NCBI RefSeq assembly: GCF_035285525.1
Contig: NZ_JAYKGW010000039.1
Location: 80,094-112,093 of the forward strand
Origin: Okeania sp.
GTDB lineage: Bacteria > Cyanobacteriota > Cyanobacteriia > Cyanobacteriales > Microcoleaceae
Length of the DNA: 32,000 nt
Reading direction: 5' to 3'
A program made the position numbers and the translations under genes. The notes beneath the pieces are model-generated. The model searched no databases. It was not told where the DNA came from and saw only the letters and a program-made list of their open reading frames with translations. This document shows, piece by piece, positions 1-9,010 of this stretch. Numbering within the stretch: position 1 is the stretch's first letter; each line of letters opens with the position of its first letter.

Positions 1-158
1 GTTTAAAACCGTTCTTGATTGAATCTAAGGAAATATTCTTTCTTTTTATCAGCGAAACTACCGCTTTTTATCCTTAAAAGGAAAGGCTTTATCTCTTGAT
101 TTTTTGGTAATAAGAATCAGGAAGAATAGGAAATATTTTGGATAAATTAAATAATTAT

Positions 159-171
159 CAGGACTTACGCA
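159..171. repeat. Solo terminal repeat of MITE family A (CAGGACTTACGCA)
   Basis: Exact 13-nt match to the terminal inverted repeat shared by the elements listed below. No convincing partner end lies nearby. Confidence 0.5.
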
Positions 172-264
172 AAATTACCATCTTTTGGTCGATTAGCCAA
201 TCCTATTCTTTGTAAGAAGAAGTAATTATTAATTATTAATTATTAATTGTTAATTATTGAAAGC

Positions 265-440
265 AGATTTCTAGCAAATAATGTACAAGGCGAATAGTGA
301 AAATTTTTTAGTGCGGGAATCTTGCCCGCGATGGGTATACTTGAGATTTCTAGCAAATCATATACTAGACGAATAGTGAAAATTTTTTAGTGCGGAATCT
401 TGCCCGCGATGAGTATACCTCATCACAAAATACGGTTTAT
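265..440. repeat. Tandem duplication (79-bp period, copies starting at 265 and 344) of a dispersed ~105-bp element (family D: AGATTT...GTATACCTCAT)
   Basis: The two units align by eye with few mismatches. Each contains the hairpin GCGGG-aatcttg-CCCGC. A related copy is nested in the MITE at 9863-9972, and a partial copy lies at about 15395-15450. Confidence 0.8.
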
Positions 441-769
441 TTAAGATGAAAAATTATAAGATATGGAAACATTATATAAGCTTTTCAGATTACAGAAGTA
501 CAAGAAAAATCCTTAACTGAACTGTATTGCGTCATAACAATATCAAGCACTTTATATCAGTATTATTGGTAACATTATCTCACTTTTGCTTGAGTTTTAA
601 AACCAAACCCCTATAGTTTTTTTTGCAAATAATTTTAAATTTTCCAATACTTACCCAGAAACCGGATTTCTTGGCGGAAATTTTATGATTTGAACAACTA
701 TATTTTCCCAACTAATATCTGTTTATTAGGAAATTAACTAATAGCTGACAGTTCAACGTTAAATGGTTA

Positions 770-1915
770 TTATAAATTCTTTTGATAACGCATTCCTGGT
801 AATTGAATTACTAATCCTAATAATTCTAATTGTAGGAGAGAACTAGAAACTTCCCCCGATGATAAACCTGTTTTTTGAATAATTAAATCTAACATTATAG
901 GTTCACTAGAAATATGTTGAAAAATCTGAGCTAATATAGGTTCTAAATCTGGTATAAAATTCTCTTTTTTCTCCTCAAATAAAGATAACTGTTCAGCAGA
1001 TTCTTCCACATCAATATCTAAAGGTGGCATGGCTCCTAACATTTCTAATAATCTATCCATTGTAATCGGAATTACCTCCGCGCCTTTATTAATTAACTGT
1101 AAACAACCATGAGATTTTTCGTCATCTAAACGAGCCGGTAAAACATACACATCTCGACAAAATTCATTAGCTATATCTGCTGTAATTAAAGCACCAGATT
1201 TTTCCGGAGCTTCCATAATTAAAATTGCTCTACTTAATCCGGCAATAATTCTATTTCGTTGGGGAAAATGTTGTTTATTTGGCTTCGTTACAGCCGGATA
1301 TTCACTAACAACTAATCCCTGTTTAATGACCTGTTCAGCTAAACTTTTATTTTCCCTTGGATAAACCATATCAACCCCGTTTCCAAAGACCGCAATAGTC
1401 CGACCCCCTGCTTCTAAACAAGCACCATGAGCTTCCGTGTCAATTCCTGCTGCTAATCCCGAAACAATTGTAAACCCACTTTTGGCTAAAATTGTACTTA
1501 TTTTTCGAGTCCAACGACGACCATATTCCGAGGGATGTCTCGTACCAACTATGCCTACTGTGGGAGTAATACCTAATATTTCTTGGGAGTCTACTATGCC
1601 TCGATAATATAACACAGGCGGAGGTGTGGGAATTTCTTGGAGGAGACGGGGATAGTCTGGGTCTGCTGGTGTCCAAAAATAAGGATTTTTCTCAATATGT
1701 TCTTTCAGGAGTTCTTCTGGGTTAATACGCGATCGCTCTTCGACTATTTTTCCTATTTTTTGAGGGCCTAAACCTGAGACGTGGCCTAATTCTAGGGGAG
1801 TTGCTGTCCAAGCTCTGGCCAGGGTCTGGAATTGTTGTTTGAGGTTTTGGAGGGCAATTGGACCTATACCGCTAATTTTTGCCCATGCTAACCAATAGGC
1901 ACGTTCTTCAGTCAA
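770..1915 (-). CDS. dprA: DNA-processing protein DprA (natural transformation / RecA loading)
   Basis: 381-aa ORF. The Rossmann-like core motifs are typical of DprA/Smf (GIVGTRHPSEYG, IVSGLAAGID, GNGVDMVYPREN, PQRNRIIAGLS), and there is a C-terminal winged-helix-like tail. Confidence 0.9.
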   Translation of the reverse strand: MTEERAYWLAWAKISGIGPIALQNLKQQFQTLARAWTATPLELGHVSGLGPQKIGKIVEERSRINPEELLKEHIEKNPYFWTPADPDYPRLLQEIPTPPPVLYYRGIVDSQEILGITPTVGIVGTRHPSEYGRRWTRKISTILAKSGFTIVSGLAAGIDTEAHGACLEAGGRTIAVFGNGVDMVYPRENKSLAEQVIKQGLVVSEYPAVTKPNKQHFPQRNRIIAGLSRAILIMEAPEKSGALITADIANEFCRDVYVLPARLDDEKSHGCLQLINKGAEVIPITMDRLLEMLGAMPPLDIDVEESAEQLSLFEEKKENFIPDLEPILAQIFQHISSEPIMLDLIIQKTGLSSGEVSSSLLQLELLGLVIQLPGMRYQKNL

Positions 1916-2011
1916 TTATTTTGTCCTCTTGAGGAATGATTAGTTTTGAAATTATTGTAAGCCCTTGTTGTTCCCGTTAGGGTTGCAGAGCATGGAACGT
2001 TAAGAAGAGGG

Positions 2012-2065
2012 GGTAGACATTGGAGACAAGGTAGACATTGGAGACAAGGTAGACATTGGAGACCA
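2012..2065. repeat. 18-bp tandem repeat x3 (GGTAGACATTGGAGACAA)
   Basis: Three head-to-tail units at 2012-2029, 2030-2047 and 2048-2065. The last unit has one substitution. Confidence 0.9.
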
Positions 2066-2286
2066 AAACCCTACGGTTACTTTTTTTATTTTCACTATTG
2101 ATGTTTTCTTCAATATTAGCCAAAATCTAGATTTAGATATAGAAAAGAAAAGAAAGGTTTCAAACCTTACTAATTTATCTGATAACTGATAACTGAAATA
2201 ACTTGTGGAAGCTAATTTATAGGTTTAAACTCCAGGATTTTTCGTGGAATTTTTGTCAAAAATTGGAGTAGAAAATATGACTAATA

Positions 2287-2488
2287 ATTATAGAAGTAGT
2301 TTTCAGTTTTGACACAACTGGCAGTGTATCCTTGCCTAACTCAAGTACATCGAAAAATTAAAAGTACCGTAACTCAATTAATTTCAGAAATTCCCGGTAT
2401 TCAGATTGGAATAATTGCTCATGGAGATTATTGCGATCGCTGCTCTAGTTCTGGAAATAAAAAGGTTACAGCATATTCTTTATATTGA
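2287..2488 (+). pseudogene. Remnant of a vWA-like (MIDAS D-x-T-x-S) domain gene, frameshifted and 3'-truncated
   Basis: One frame reads ..IIEVVFSFDTTGS. After a shift the reading continues YPCLTQVHRKIKSTVTQLISEIPGIQIGIIAHGDYCD.., then stops at 2486-2488, 2 nt before the vapC stop codon. There is no in-frame start. The FDTTGS(M)YPC pattern recalls vWA/MIDAS N-termini. This rests on recall only. Confidence 0.35.
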
Positions 2489-2490
2489 CT

Positions 2491-2880
2491 TCAATCCCAT
2501 AATCTTTGAATAGGATAATCATTAAACTTGATATCTCGACTAATCAAAATAAGAGAATTATTGATAGCTTGAACAATTAACATTCTATCAAATGGATCGC
2601 GGTGATTTGAGGGAAAAGGCAGTCCTGCATATAATTCAATATCTTTGTCTGTAATAGGTAAGATGGAAATATCCATGTATTCCAATTCTTTAGATAAATC
2701 TTCAATAGTTTGATTAATTTCCAACTTACCTATATTAATTTTAATAGCAATTTCCCAAAGACTAACTATACTAAAATATAAGTTTTCTTTACTGTCAATA
2801 ATATTCTTGACTTTAATCGATATATTATTATTTCCTAGTAAATACCAAATAAAAACATGAGTATCCAAAATATATTTCAT
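2491..2880 (-). CDS. vapC: PIN-domain ribonuclease toxin (VapC family)
   Basis: 129-aa ORF. The acidic residues are in PIN positions (ILDTHVFIW, SLWEIAIK, HRDPFDRMLIAQA-like block HRDPFDRMLIVQA, ISRD). Its start codon lies 1 nt after the stop of the upstream small ORF. Confidence 0.85.
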   Translation of the reverse strand: MKYILDTHVFIWYLLGNNNISIKVKNIIDSKENLYFSIVSLWEIAIKINIGKLEINQTIEDLSKELEYMDISILPITDKDIELYAGLPFPSNHRDPFDRMLIVQAINNSLILISRDIKFNDYPIQRLWD

Positions 2881-2881
2881 A

Positions 2882-3103
2882 TTACATATATTCCGTCAAA
2901 TCTTCTAATGGTTCATCAAAATCATCTGACATAAAAATTTTACCTGCCCAACTACCATAACGTCCAACAGTTTCTATCTTTTCCTGGGATTGCTTATTAT
3001 TTGGATATTTTTCTTGTAGATATTCTGCATAATGCAATACTTCAGTCTTCAGAGATTCAGGTAGATTAATGACAATTTTCCACAAAGCTAACTCAATATT
3101 CAT
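2882..3103 (-). CDS. Antitoxin partner of VapC (DUF2281-like small protein)
   Basis: The ORF track gives 2882..3142. The more likely start is the internal Met at 3103 (MNIELALWKIVINLPESLKTEVLHYAEYLQEKY...). The acidic C-terminus (DDFDEPLEDLTEYM) and tight coupling to vapC fit an antitoxin. Confidence 0.6.
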   Translation of the reverse strand: MNIELALWKIVINLPESLKTEVLHYAEYLQEKYPNNKQSQEKIETVGRYGSWAGKIFMSDDFDEPLEDLTEYM

Positions 3104-3147
3104 AATTTTTATTAGAAACAACTTATTTAAAAATAATATCATATTTT

Positions 3148-3375
3148 TTACTCAATAATCTCATCATACAGATTGTTATCCTCTTCTACTTGCGGTTTCA
3201 TAGAAGTCAGAATTTCCTCTAATGGAATTTGATCTAACAACTGATGACGCTCTTGGGTGTAGTCTCCATAACTGGAACTATAGTATTGAAGAAACCGGAT
3301 TGTATCAACAACTCCTAAAGAATAAATTAACGCTCTATGTCCTTTTCTGATAATTTTCTCTTGGGTTTGACTCAT
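3148..3375 (-). CDS. Small hypothetical protein (75 aa), first gene of the vapBC-like cassette; possibly a second antitoxin or regulator
   Basis: Same strand as the antitoxin ORF and ending 5 nt upstream of its longest start. It has an acidic C-terminus. I can name no family with confidence. Confidence 0.45.
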   Translation of the reverse strand: MSQTQEKIIRKGHRALIYSLGVVDTIRFLQYYSSSYGDYTQERHQLLDQIPLEEILTSMKPQVEEDNNLYDEIIE

Positions 3376-3520
3376 TATTATTCTCCATTTACATATATTT
3401 CATTAGCCAACTTCCAGGATTATTAACTCCTACATTAATAACCTCAAGATTTCCTTGCACATTGTACTGTTATTTGCTATATAAGGTAAGCTTTATTATA
3501 GAAATAAACTTATATAAAAC

Positions 3521-5428
3521 ATGATAAAACTCAAAAAATGGCAATTAATAATACTCGCTATTCCTCCTCTTGCTGTAGTCGCTTTCCTAATGATATCCGC
3601 TGGCAAACAAATTAATAATTGGGGTCTCAACTGGCTCTGGGGAATATTCATCCTGGTTTTTGTGGGATGGCGTTGGTTACTTGTCAAATGGACTCGCACC
3701 ACAGTTGCCCAAATGGAAGCAGTAATAGCAGAAGTTCACCAACAGATTCCGACCATAGACAACACAATAACCGCACCCGTAGAAAATGAAACTACCCAAA
3801 AACTGGAAACCACCCTCCAAGAAATTCTCAAATCATGCCGTAACGACCCCCCATTCTGGGAAAACTGGCAAATATTCTGGCAACGTTGTCAAGAAGTAAT
3901 AACTGCTGTTGCTCATGCTTACCATCCCGAAGTCAAATATCCCCTACTCAATATTTACATCCCTCAAGCTTACAGTTTAATTCGAGGTACTGTTGATGAC
4001 GTAGATAGATGGATGCAAAAATTATCCCCTACCCTCAATCAAATAACTATCGGTCAAGCATATCAGGGATATGAAATATACCGTAAATTAGAACCTTCCG
4101 CTCGGAAACTTTTCCAAGCTTGGGGTTGGGCACAATGGTTACTAAATCCGGTGGCAGCAGCAGCAAAATTCGCTAGTCAGCGTTACAGCGAACAAGCAAA
4201 CCAGCAGTTGTTAGTCAATTTTAGTCAAGTATTGCGGGAAGTGGCGTTGCGAAATTTGTCTCGACAGGCGATCGCTCTCTATGGAGGTAAGAATCTAGAG
4301 TTTTCTGATTCTGCTATTCCAACTCCCAGTCTCCCAAAAGCAGAAACTCAAACTCTGGAACAAATTCTGGCAAAAGCTGAACCTGTAGAAACTGTCGAGC
4401 AAAAACCTGTTAATATTTTATTGGTAGGACGCACCGGAGCTGGAAAAAGTAGTTTAATTAATACTCTGTTTCAAGCAGACCTTGCGGAAGTCGATGTGTT
4501 GCCAAGTACGGATAAAATTAAAAATTATCAGTGGCAAGCAAACATGGGAGAAACTCTTAATCTTTGGGATACCCCCGGTTATGAACAAGCTAACCGCACT
4601 GACTTACGAGAATTAGTGCTTGACTATGCTCAAACTGCCGATTTATTATTATTAGTTACCCCCGCTCTCGATCCTGCGTTACAAATGGATGTAGATTTTC
4701 TCCAAGACATGAAACAGGAAATTACAGATTTGCCTGCTATTGTGATCATTACCCAAGTCGATCGTTTACGTCCGCTCCGGGAATGGCAACCACCTTATGA
4801 TTGGGTATTTGGCAAACGTCCGAAGGAAAAATCTATTCGGGAAGCAACTCAATATCGAGCCGAAATATTGGGAGATTTTTGTAATCAAGTTTTGCCTGTG
4901 GTGACGGCCGATATTAAAAATAATAATAGAAATCCTTGGAATGTTGATGCTATATCATTATCTTTAGTAGAAGCTATTGCTCCTGCTAAACAACTACGTC
5001 TAGCTCGGTTTTTGCGCGCTCGCGAAGCTCGTTCTGTAGCAGCAGCTAAAATTATTGACCATTATACTTTTCAAATGGCAACTACTCAGGGTTTAACTGC
5101 TTTATTCAAAAGTCCGGTGTTGCAATTTATTTCTACTTTGACCACAGGTTCCCCAACTTTAGCATATTTGCTCGCAGAAAAAATTCCGGTGGAAGAGTTG
5201 CCTGTAGTTATTGGTAAATTACAAATGGCTTATGATTTGTTCTCCCTATTGAGTGAGGATGGAAATGTGGGTAGTTTTGACCTGTTAGCATTATGGCCTT
5301 TGTTATTAGAAAATCCTTCCACACCAGACCGCAATGCTTGGGCATTTGGTCACGCTTTGGTAGAATATTGGATGCAGGATTTGAGTATTGTTCAGTTGCG
5401 CGAGCGCTTTGAGAATTATCAGGACTAA
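3521..5428 (+). CDS. Membrane-associated P-loop GTPase (HSR1/Era-like G domain with N-terminal TM helices and a long C-terminal helical domain)
   Basis: 635-aa ORF with two N-terminal hydrophobic helices. The G motifs are G1 GRTGAGKSS, G3 DTPG and G4-like TQVD. The last two codons and the stop lie inside a MITE terminal repeat. Confidence 0.8.
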   Translation: MIKLKKWQLIILAIPPLAVVAFLMISAGKQINNWGLNWLWGIFILVFVGWRWLLVKWTRTTVAQMEAVIAEVHQQIPTIDNTITAPVENETTQKLETTLQEILKSCRNDPPFWENWQIFWQRCQEVITAVAHAYHPEVKYPLLNIYIPQAYSLIRGTVDDVDRWMQKLSPTLNQITIGQAYQGYEIYRKLEPSARKLFQAWGWAQWLLNPVAAAAKFASQRYSEQANQQLLVNFSQVLREVALRNLSRQAIALYGGKNLEFSDSAIPTPSLPKAETQTLEQILAKAEPVETVEQKPVNILLVGRTGAGKSSLINTLFQADLAEVDVLPSTDKIKNYQWQANMGETLNLWDTPGYEQANRTDLRELVLDYAQTADLLLLVTPALDPALQMDVDFLQDMKQEITDLPAIVIITQVDRLRPLREWQPPYDWVFGKRPKEKSIREATQYRAEILGDFCNQVLPVVTADIKNNNRNPWNVDAISLSLVEAIAPAKQLRLARFLRAREARSVAAAKIIDHYTFQMATTQGLTALFKSPVLQFISTLTTGSPTLAYLLAEKIPVEELPVVIGKLQMAYDLFSLLSEDGNVGSFDLLALWPLLLENPSTPDRNAWAFGHALVEYWMQDLSIVQLRERFENYQD

Positions 5429-5471
5429 AGCCACGGGAACCCAGAAACCCGGTTTCTTTGCGTAAGTCCTG
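5420..5471. mobile_element. Minimal MITE family A copy (52 bp)
   Basis: The termini are CAGGACTAAAGCC ... TTGCGTAAGTCCTG, around the internal palindrome AGAAACC-c-GGTTTCT. It overlaps the GTPase stop codon (5426-5428). Confidence 0.6.
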
Positions 5472-5558
5472 ATACAGAAAAAAGGAAGAATAAGAAAAAA
5501 AACACTTCTTACTCTTCCCCTATTCTCCATGCTCTCAACATTCCCGATCGATATCTGC

Positions 5559-6134
5559 TTAAACAATCTGGAAACTATCAGATGTCAACTCACCTTCATG
5601 TCTGATGGCAAGTGTATCAGTACCTAAGTTAAGAATAGATAAAAAGTGATTATCGGTATCATTATCCATAAATCCTAATTCAATGGTAGAGACCTGACTC
5701 ACTGCTTGTTCTGCAGTAATACCAAAATTTGCTGATAACTGTAGGATATCCTCCCCAACAACGAAGTCTCTAACCCAATCAACTTCACTCCCGATGTTGA
5801 AGACAAAAGTATCTTGTCCATCACCACCATGAAGTTGGTCTATTCCTGAGCTACCTGTTAAGATGTCATTACCATCACCACCATAGAGGTAATCGTTTCC
5901 TGCATCTCCAGTTAATCCATCGTTTCCATTACCACCATTGATGTAATCGTTTTCTGCATCTCCATTTAATATATCGTTTCCATCATCACCAAAAATTCTA
6001 TCGCTTCCTGTTGTACCAGTTAGAGTTTCATCTCCTTCAGTACCTTGTATTTCATTGAAGTCATTGAAAAATCCTTGTCTTCCAAAAAAACCATACTCTC
6101 CTCTGCCACCAGAATGATGATGTCCTCTGCTCAT
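5559..6134 (-). CDS. RTX (hemolysin-type calcium-binding repeat) protein
   Basis: 191-aa ORF with at least 7 consecutive GGxGxDxux-type nonapeptides (GTTGSDRIFGDDGNDILNGDAENDYINGGNGNDGLTGDAGNDYLYGGDGNDILTG...). The N-terminus is His/Gly-rich. Confidence 0.8.
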   Translation of the reverse strand: MSRGHHHSGGRGEYGFFGRQGFFNDFNEIQGTEGDETLTGTTGSDRIFGDDGNDILNGDAENDYINGGNGNDGLTGDAGNDYLYGGDGNDILTGSSGIDQLHGGDGQDTFVFNIGSEVDWVRDFVVGEDILQLSANFGITAEQAVSQVSTIELGFMDNDTDNHFLSILNLGTDTLAIRHEGELTSDSFQIV

Positions 6135-6750
6135 AGTTAATTTGCTCCTTTTTAATATTATGATTTACTAGATGTGCGATCGCTCAACAATTCTTTGAAT
6201 AAAGAATACCAAATCCGCTAGATTCAGGAAATACTCAAAAAAGTAAAAATCTCGATCAGAGAAGGATGAAAATATTTAAGTTATTACCTGGCAATAACTG
6301 GACTTGGTATGTTTGCTAAAAATTACTTACTAGAGAAAAAAATGATTGAGCTAGAAATTTAACAGAACATTACTCTACTTAAAGTTAGAGAGCTATTAAA
6401 CTTTTCTATTCTCTTTCAAGTTATTCACTTAAGTTATATAGTAACTAGATGTAACTTAAATGTCAAGTGTTTGGAGAAAAATTTTTTTTTCTATCAATAA
6501 GTTTAGACAGTACAAAACTTTGGGTTAATTGCTAGTCAAGGCTTTCAGCTATCCAAATGTGAGAAACTCTCCCCAAACGAGCTGTAGCTACTGTAAGCTT
6601 TTACCAGTAATACTTGCAGCCTTGAAAGTCAGTCCTTTTTTATCAGAATTTTCTAATCTCTAGCTTTCACATCAAGACTTCATCACTTAAGTTTTAAAGT
6701 GATGAAAAAGAAATTGTCAAGGGGTAATTTGAGTTATCAGTTATCAGTAC

Positions 6751-6841
6751 CAGGACTTACGCAAAGTTACTATATATAGAGTTAAAAAACTATTGCACAA
6801 TAGTTTTGAACGCTACATATATGGTCTCTGCGTAAATCCTA
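6751..6841. mobile_element. MITE family A copy with 5-bp TSD
   Basis: The terminal inverted repeats are CAGGACTTACGCA / TGCGTAAATCCTA. It is flanked by AGTAC (6746-6750) and AGTAC (6842-6846). The internal palindrome is AACTATTGCACAATAGTT. Confidence 0.8.
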
Positions 6842-6880
6842 AGTACCTCTGGCTAAACCCAAAGGCTGGAAATACTGAAG

Positions 6881-6993
6881 CAGGACTTACGCTAAACCAC
6901 TATATATAGTAGGGCTGCACTTCGAGCTTGGCGCCAGCCAATGGCATTCACCCTCTACAAATAACCTTTTTCTAAGGATTTGCCTAAGTCCTG
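6881..6993. mobile_element. MITE family A copy (different core)
   Basis: The termini are CAGGACTTACGC ... GCCTAAGTCCTG. No clean TSD was seen. Confidence 0.65.
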
Positions 6994-7066
6994 ATTTATG
7001 AAGCTTTAAAAAAAGGAAAGACCTTAATTTTTACACAAACGATACCAACGGATATAATATGACTTT

Positions 7067-7186
7067 TATAGCAGCCGCCAAGGCCGTTAGCACATGGACT
7101 GATGATGAATCAAAGACCACGGAAACACTTGAACAACTGTTCCCTGTTCCCAGTTAAGTGTTCCCAGTTAAGTGTTCCCTGCTATA
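7067..7186. repeat. Element C (TATAGCAG...CTGCTATA), 120-bp copy
   Basis: It is the reverse complement of 12127-12232 apart from 2 substitutions and an internal 14-bp duplication (CCCAGTTAAGTGTT). It has its own 8-bp inverted termini. Confidence 0.8.
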
Positions 7187-7213
7187 ATTTTTAATTTTTC
7201 ACTTCTGACTTGC

Positions 7214-8668
7214 CTATGGCACTATATCGTCCCATCCCCACCAAGGACTCACTTCCAACACACCTGTGGGACTTAAAATGACCCTAAATAATCCCAGTTG
7301 CTTTTGTTTTTCAGAAACAGATTTATTTTTAGTAAAATTAACTAGCCTGGGTAGGGGAGTTTCCAATACATAATTTTGAGCAGATTGATTCATCGGTTCA
7401 TAACTAGCGATCGCTCCATCACCATCTACTTTGACCAGATATTCCAAATCTTCATACCAAATAGGCGTTGTTTGCCAGCTCTGATTGATTTGGTCATACA
7501 ACTTTTGATTCAACTCTTCTAGCTTCCCTGCTTCATAAATTTCTGGAAAAATCATTTTAGGTTTGGCCTGACACTCATTACTGTCGCATTCATCATTGGT
7601 CACATTTAACTGGGGAGATGATTTCCTGGCCGAGACAGACCATAGCTTAATAGTTTCATCTGCACTACCGCTAGCCAAAGTCTCCCCATCCGGACTAAAA
7701 CCAACAGACCAAACTGGTTTAGTATGACTTTGATATGTTTCGATTAATTTCTGATTTTCCACTTGCCACAGATAGATTTTTTTGTCGTAACTACCACTAG
7801 CTAAAGTCTCCCCATCCGGACTAAAGGCAACAGACAAAACTGCTTTTGAATGCCCATCAAAAGTTCCAATTTCCTGACCAGTATCTGTTTTCCATAACTT
7901 GATAGTTCCATCCTGACTGCCACTAGCCAAAGTTTTGGCCTTGGGGTTGTATGCGATCGCCCAAATAGGACGAGAATGAGCTTTTAAAATATATTGTTCT
8001 GTTCCAGTTTTCACATCCCAGATTTTAAGTTTGCCATTTTTGCCACCACTAGCTAAAGTTTTCCCATCCGGGCTAAAAGCTAAAGAAATTACAGGACTAG
8101 AATGGTGCAAACGCAAGATTTCGGTTCCAGTTTTTAGACTCAGTAACTTAATAATACCGCTGTAACTACCAATACCGATAGTTTCTCCATCGGGAGAGAT
8201 AGTAACTGCTTTAATATCATCAGCATTAACATTGATAGTGCTAACCAGGTTTCCGTTACTAAAATTCCATAATTTTACGCAATCATCCCAACCACCAGTA
8301 ACCATAATTTTTCCATCAGGAGTTATTGCCATAGACTGAACTGCATCAGCATGAGCTGCAATAGTATGGGTTAATTTCCCGCTAGGTAAATCCCAAATTT
8401 TTACTGTGCCGTCATAACTGCTACTAGCTAGGGTTTTTCCATCTGAACTCATTGCAACTGCATAAACCCAAGTTGAATGACCAGACAAAGTTTTTAGAGG
8501 CTGTTTTTTTTCTGTTAATTTATGGTTTGTTTCTGGGATTTTTGTTGATAGTAACTGCTGCCAATTTATTCGTTCTGTACTTTTAATTACAACGGTTGTT
8601 GTGAAGGCTGTAATTAATGCTGTCATGGCTATTGTGGTGGATGTCTGAGTAATTTGTTTGGATTGCAT
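7214..8668 (-). CDS. Membrane-anchored WD40-repeat protein with an uncharacterised ~130-aa C-terminal domain
   Basis: 484-aa ORF with an N-terminal hydrophobic helix (IAMTALITAFTTTVVI). Seven WD40 blades follow (GHS..V.S.A.SPDG.TLASGS.D.TIKLW pattern repeated), then a Cys-containing linker and a non-WD tail. Confidence 0.85.
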   Translation of the reverse strand: MQSKQITQTSTTIAMTALITAFTTTVVIKSTERINWQQLLSTKIPETNHKLTEKKQPLKTLSGHSTWVYAVAMSSDGKTLASSSYDGTVKIWDLPSGKLTHTIAAHADAVQSMAITPDGKIMVTGGWDDCVKLWNFSNGNLVSTINVNADDIKAVTISPDGETIGIGSYSGIIKLLSLKTGTEILRLHHSSPVISLAFSPDGKTLASGGKNGKLKIWDVKTGTEQYILKAHSRPIWAIAYNPKAKTLASGSQDGTIKLWKTDTGQEIGTFDGHSKAVLSVAFSPDGETLASGSYDKKIYLWQVENQKLIETYQSHTKPVWSVGFSPDGETLASGSADETIKLWSVSARKSSPQLNVTNDECDSNECQAKPKMIFPEIYEAGKLEELNQKLYDQINQSWQTTPIWYEDLEYLVKVDGDGAIASYEPMNQSAQNYVLETPLPRLVNFTKNKSVSEKQKQLGLFRVILSPTGVLEVSPWWGWDDIVP

Positions 8669-9010
8669 AATTTTTTTTATTGAAGTACATGACTATGAGT
8701 TATTAACTCATTAGAAATAGGGAACGGGGCACAGAAAATAACTTGTATTCTTAGTTTCAAGGAAATAGTATTGACTTGAAGACTTGACTTTTTTAAGAAT
8801 GTTACTACTTCTACACCACTACCGATTATTTTGGTATGAGGAATTAGTTTCTCAGGAGAATTAAATATGTTAAAATTGACAATTTTACCGAAAAATCAAG
8901 GGAAAATTATTCTGGTTACTTCTTCTATGATTCTTATTCCTTCTGGATTCTGGCTTCTGGCTTCTCCCCTGAAAAAAAGACTTATTCAGCAAGCCTTAAT
9001 TATTCATTAT

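Noticed and set aside
265-421. Possible CRISPR array or NsiR1-like tandem sRNA array (79-bp repeats with an internal hairpin)
   Set aside because: There are only two adjacent copies with no unique spacers between them. No hairpin plus U-tract terminator occurs on either strand. Related copies are dispersed and nested in MITEs, so this is a mobile or dispersed repeat.
1440-1676. 78-aa ORF on the minus strand
   Set aside because: It lies entirely inside dprA in another frame and has Ser/Arg/Pro-rich composition typical of an out-of-frame artefact.
3496-3702. 68-aa minus-strand ORF
   Set aside because: It is antisense to the 5' end of the GTPase gene, with no coding features.
5306-5566. 86-aa minus-strand ORF
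   Set aside because: It overlaps the GTPase 3' end antisense and runs through the MITE at 5420-5471.
6680-6705. 9-bp hairpin TCATCACTT-aagtttta-AAGTGATGA considered as a terminator
   Set aside because: No U-tract follows on either strand and no gene ends nearby. It is likely repeat-related or due to chance.
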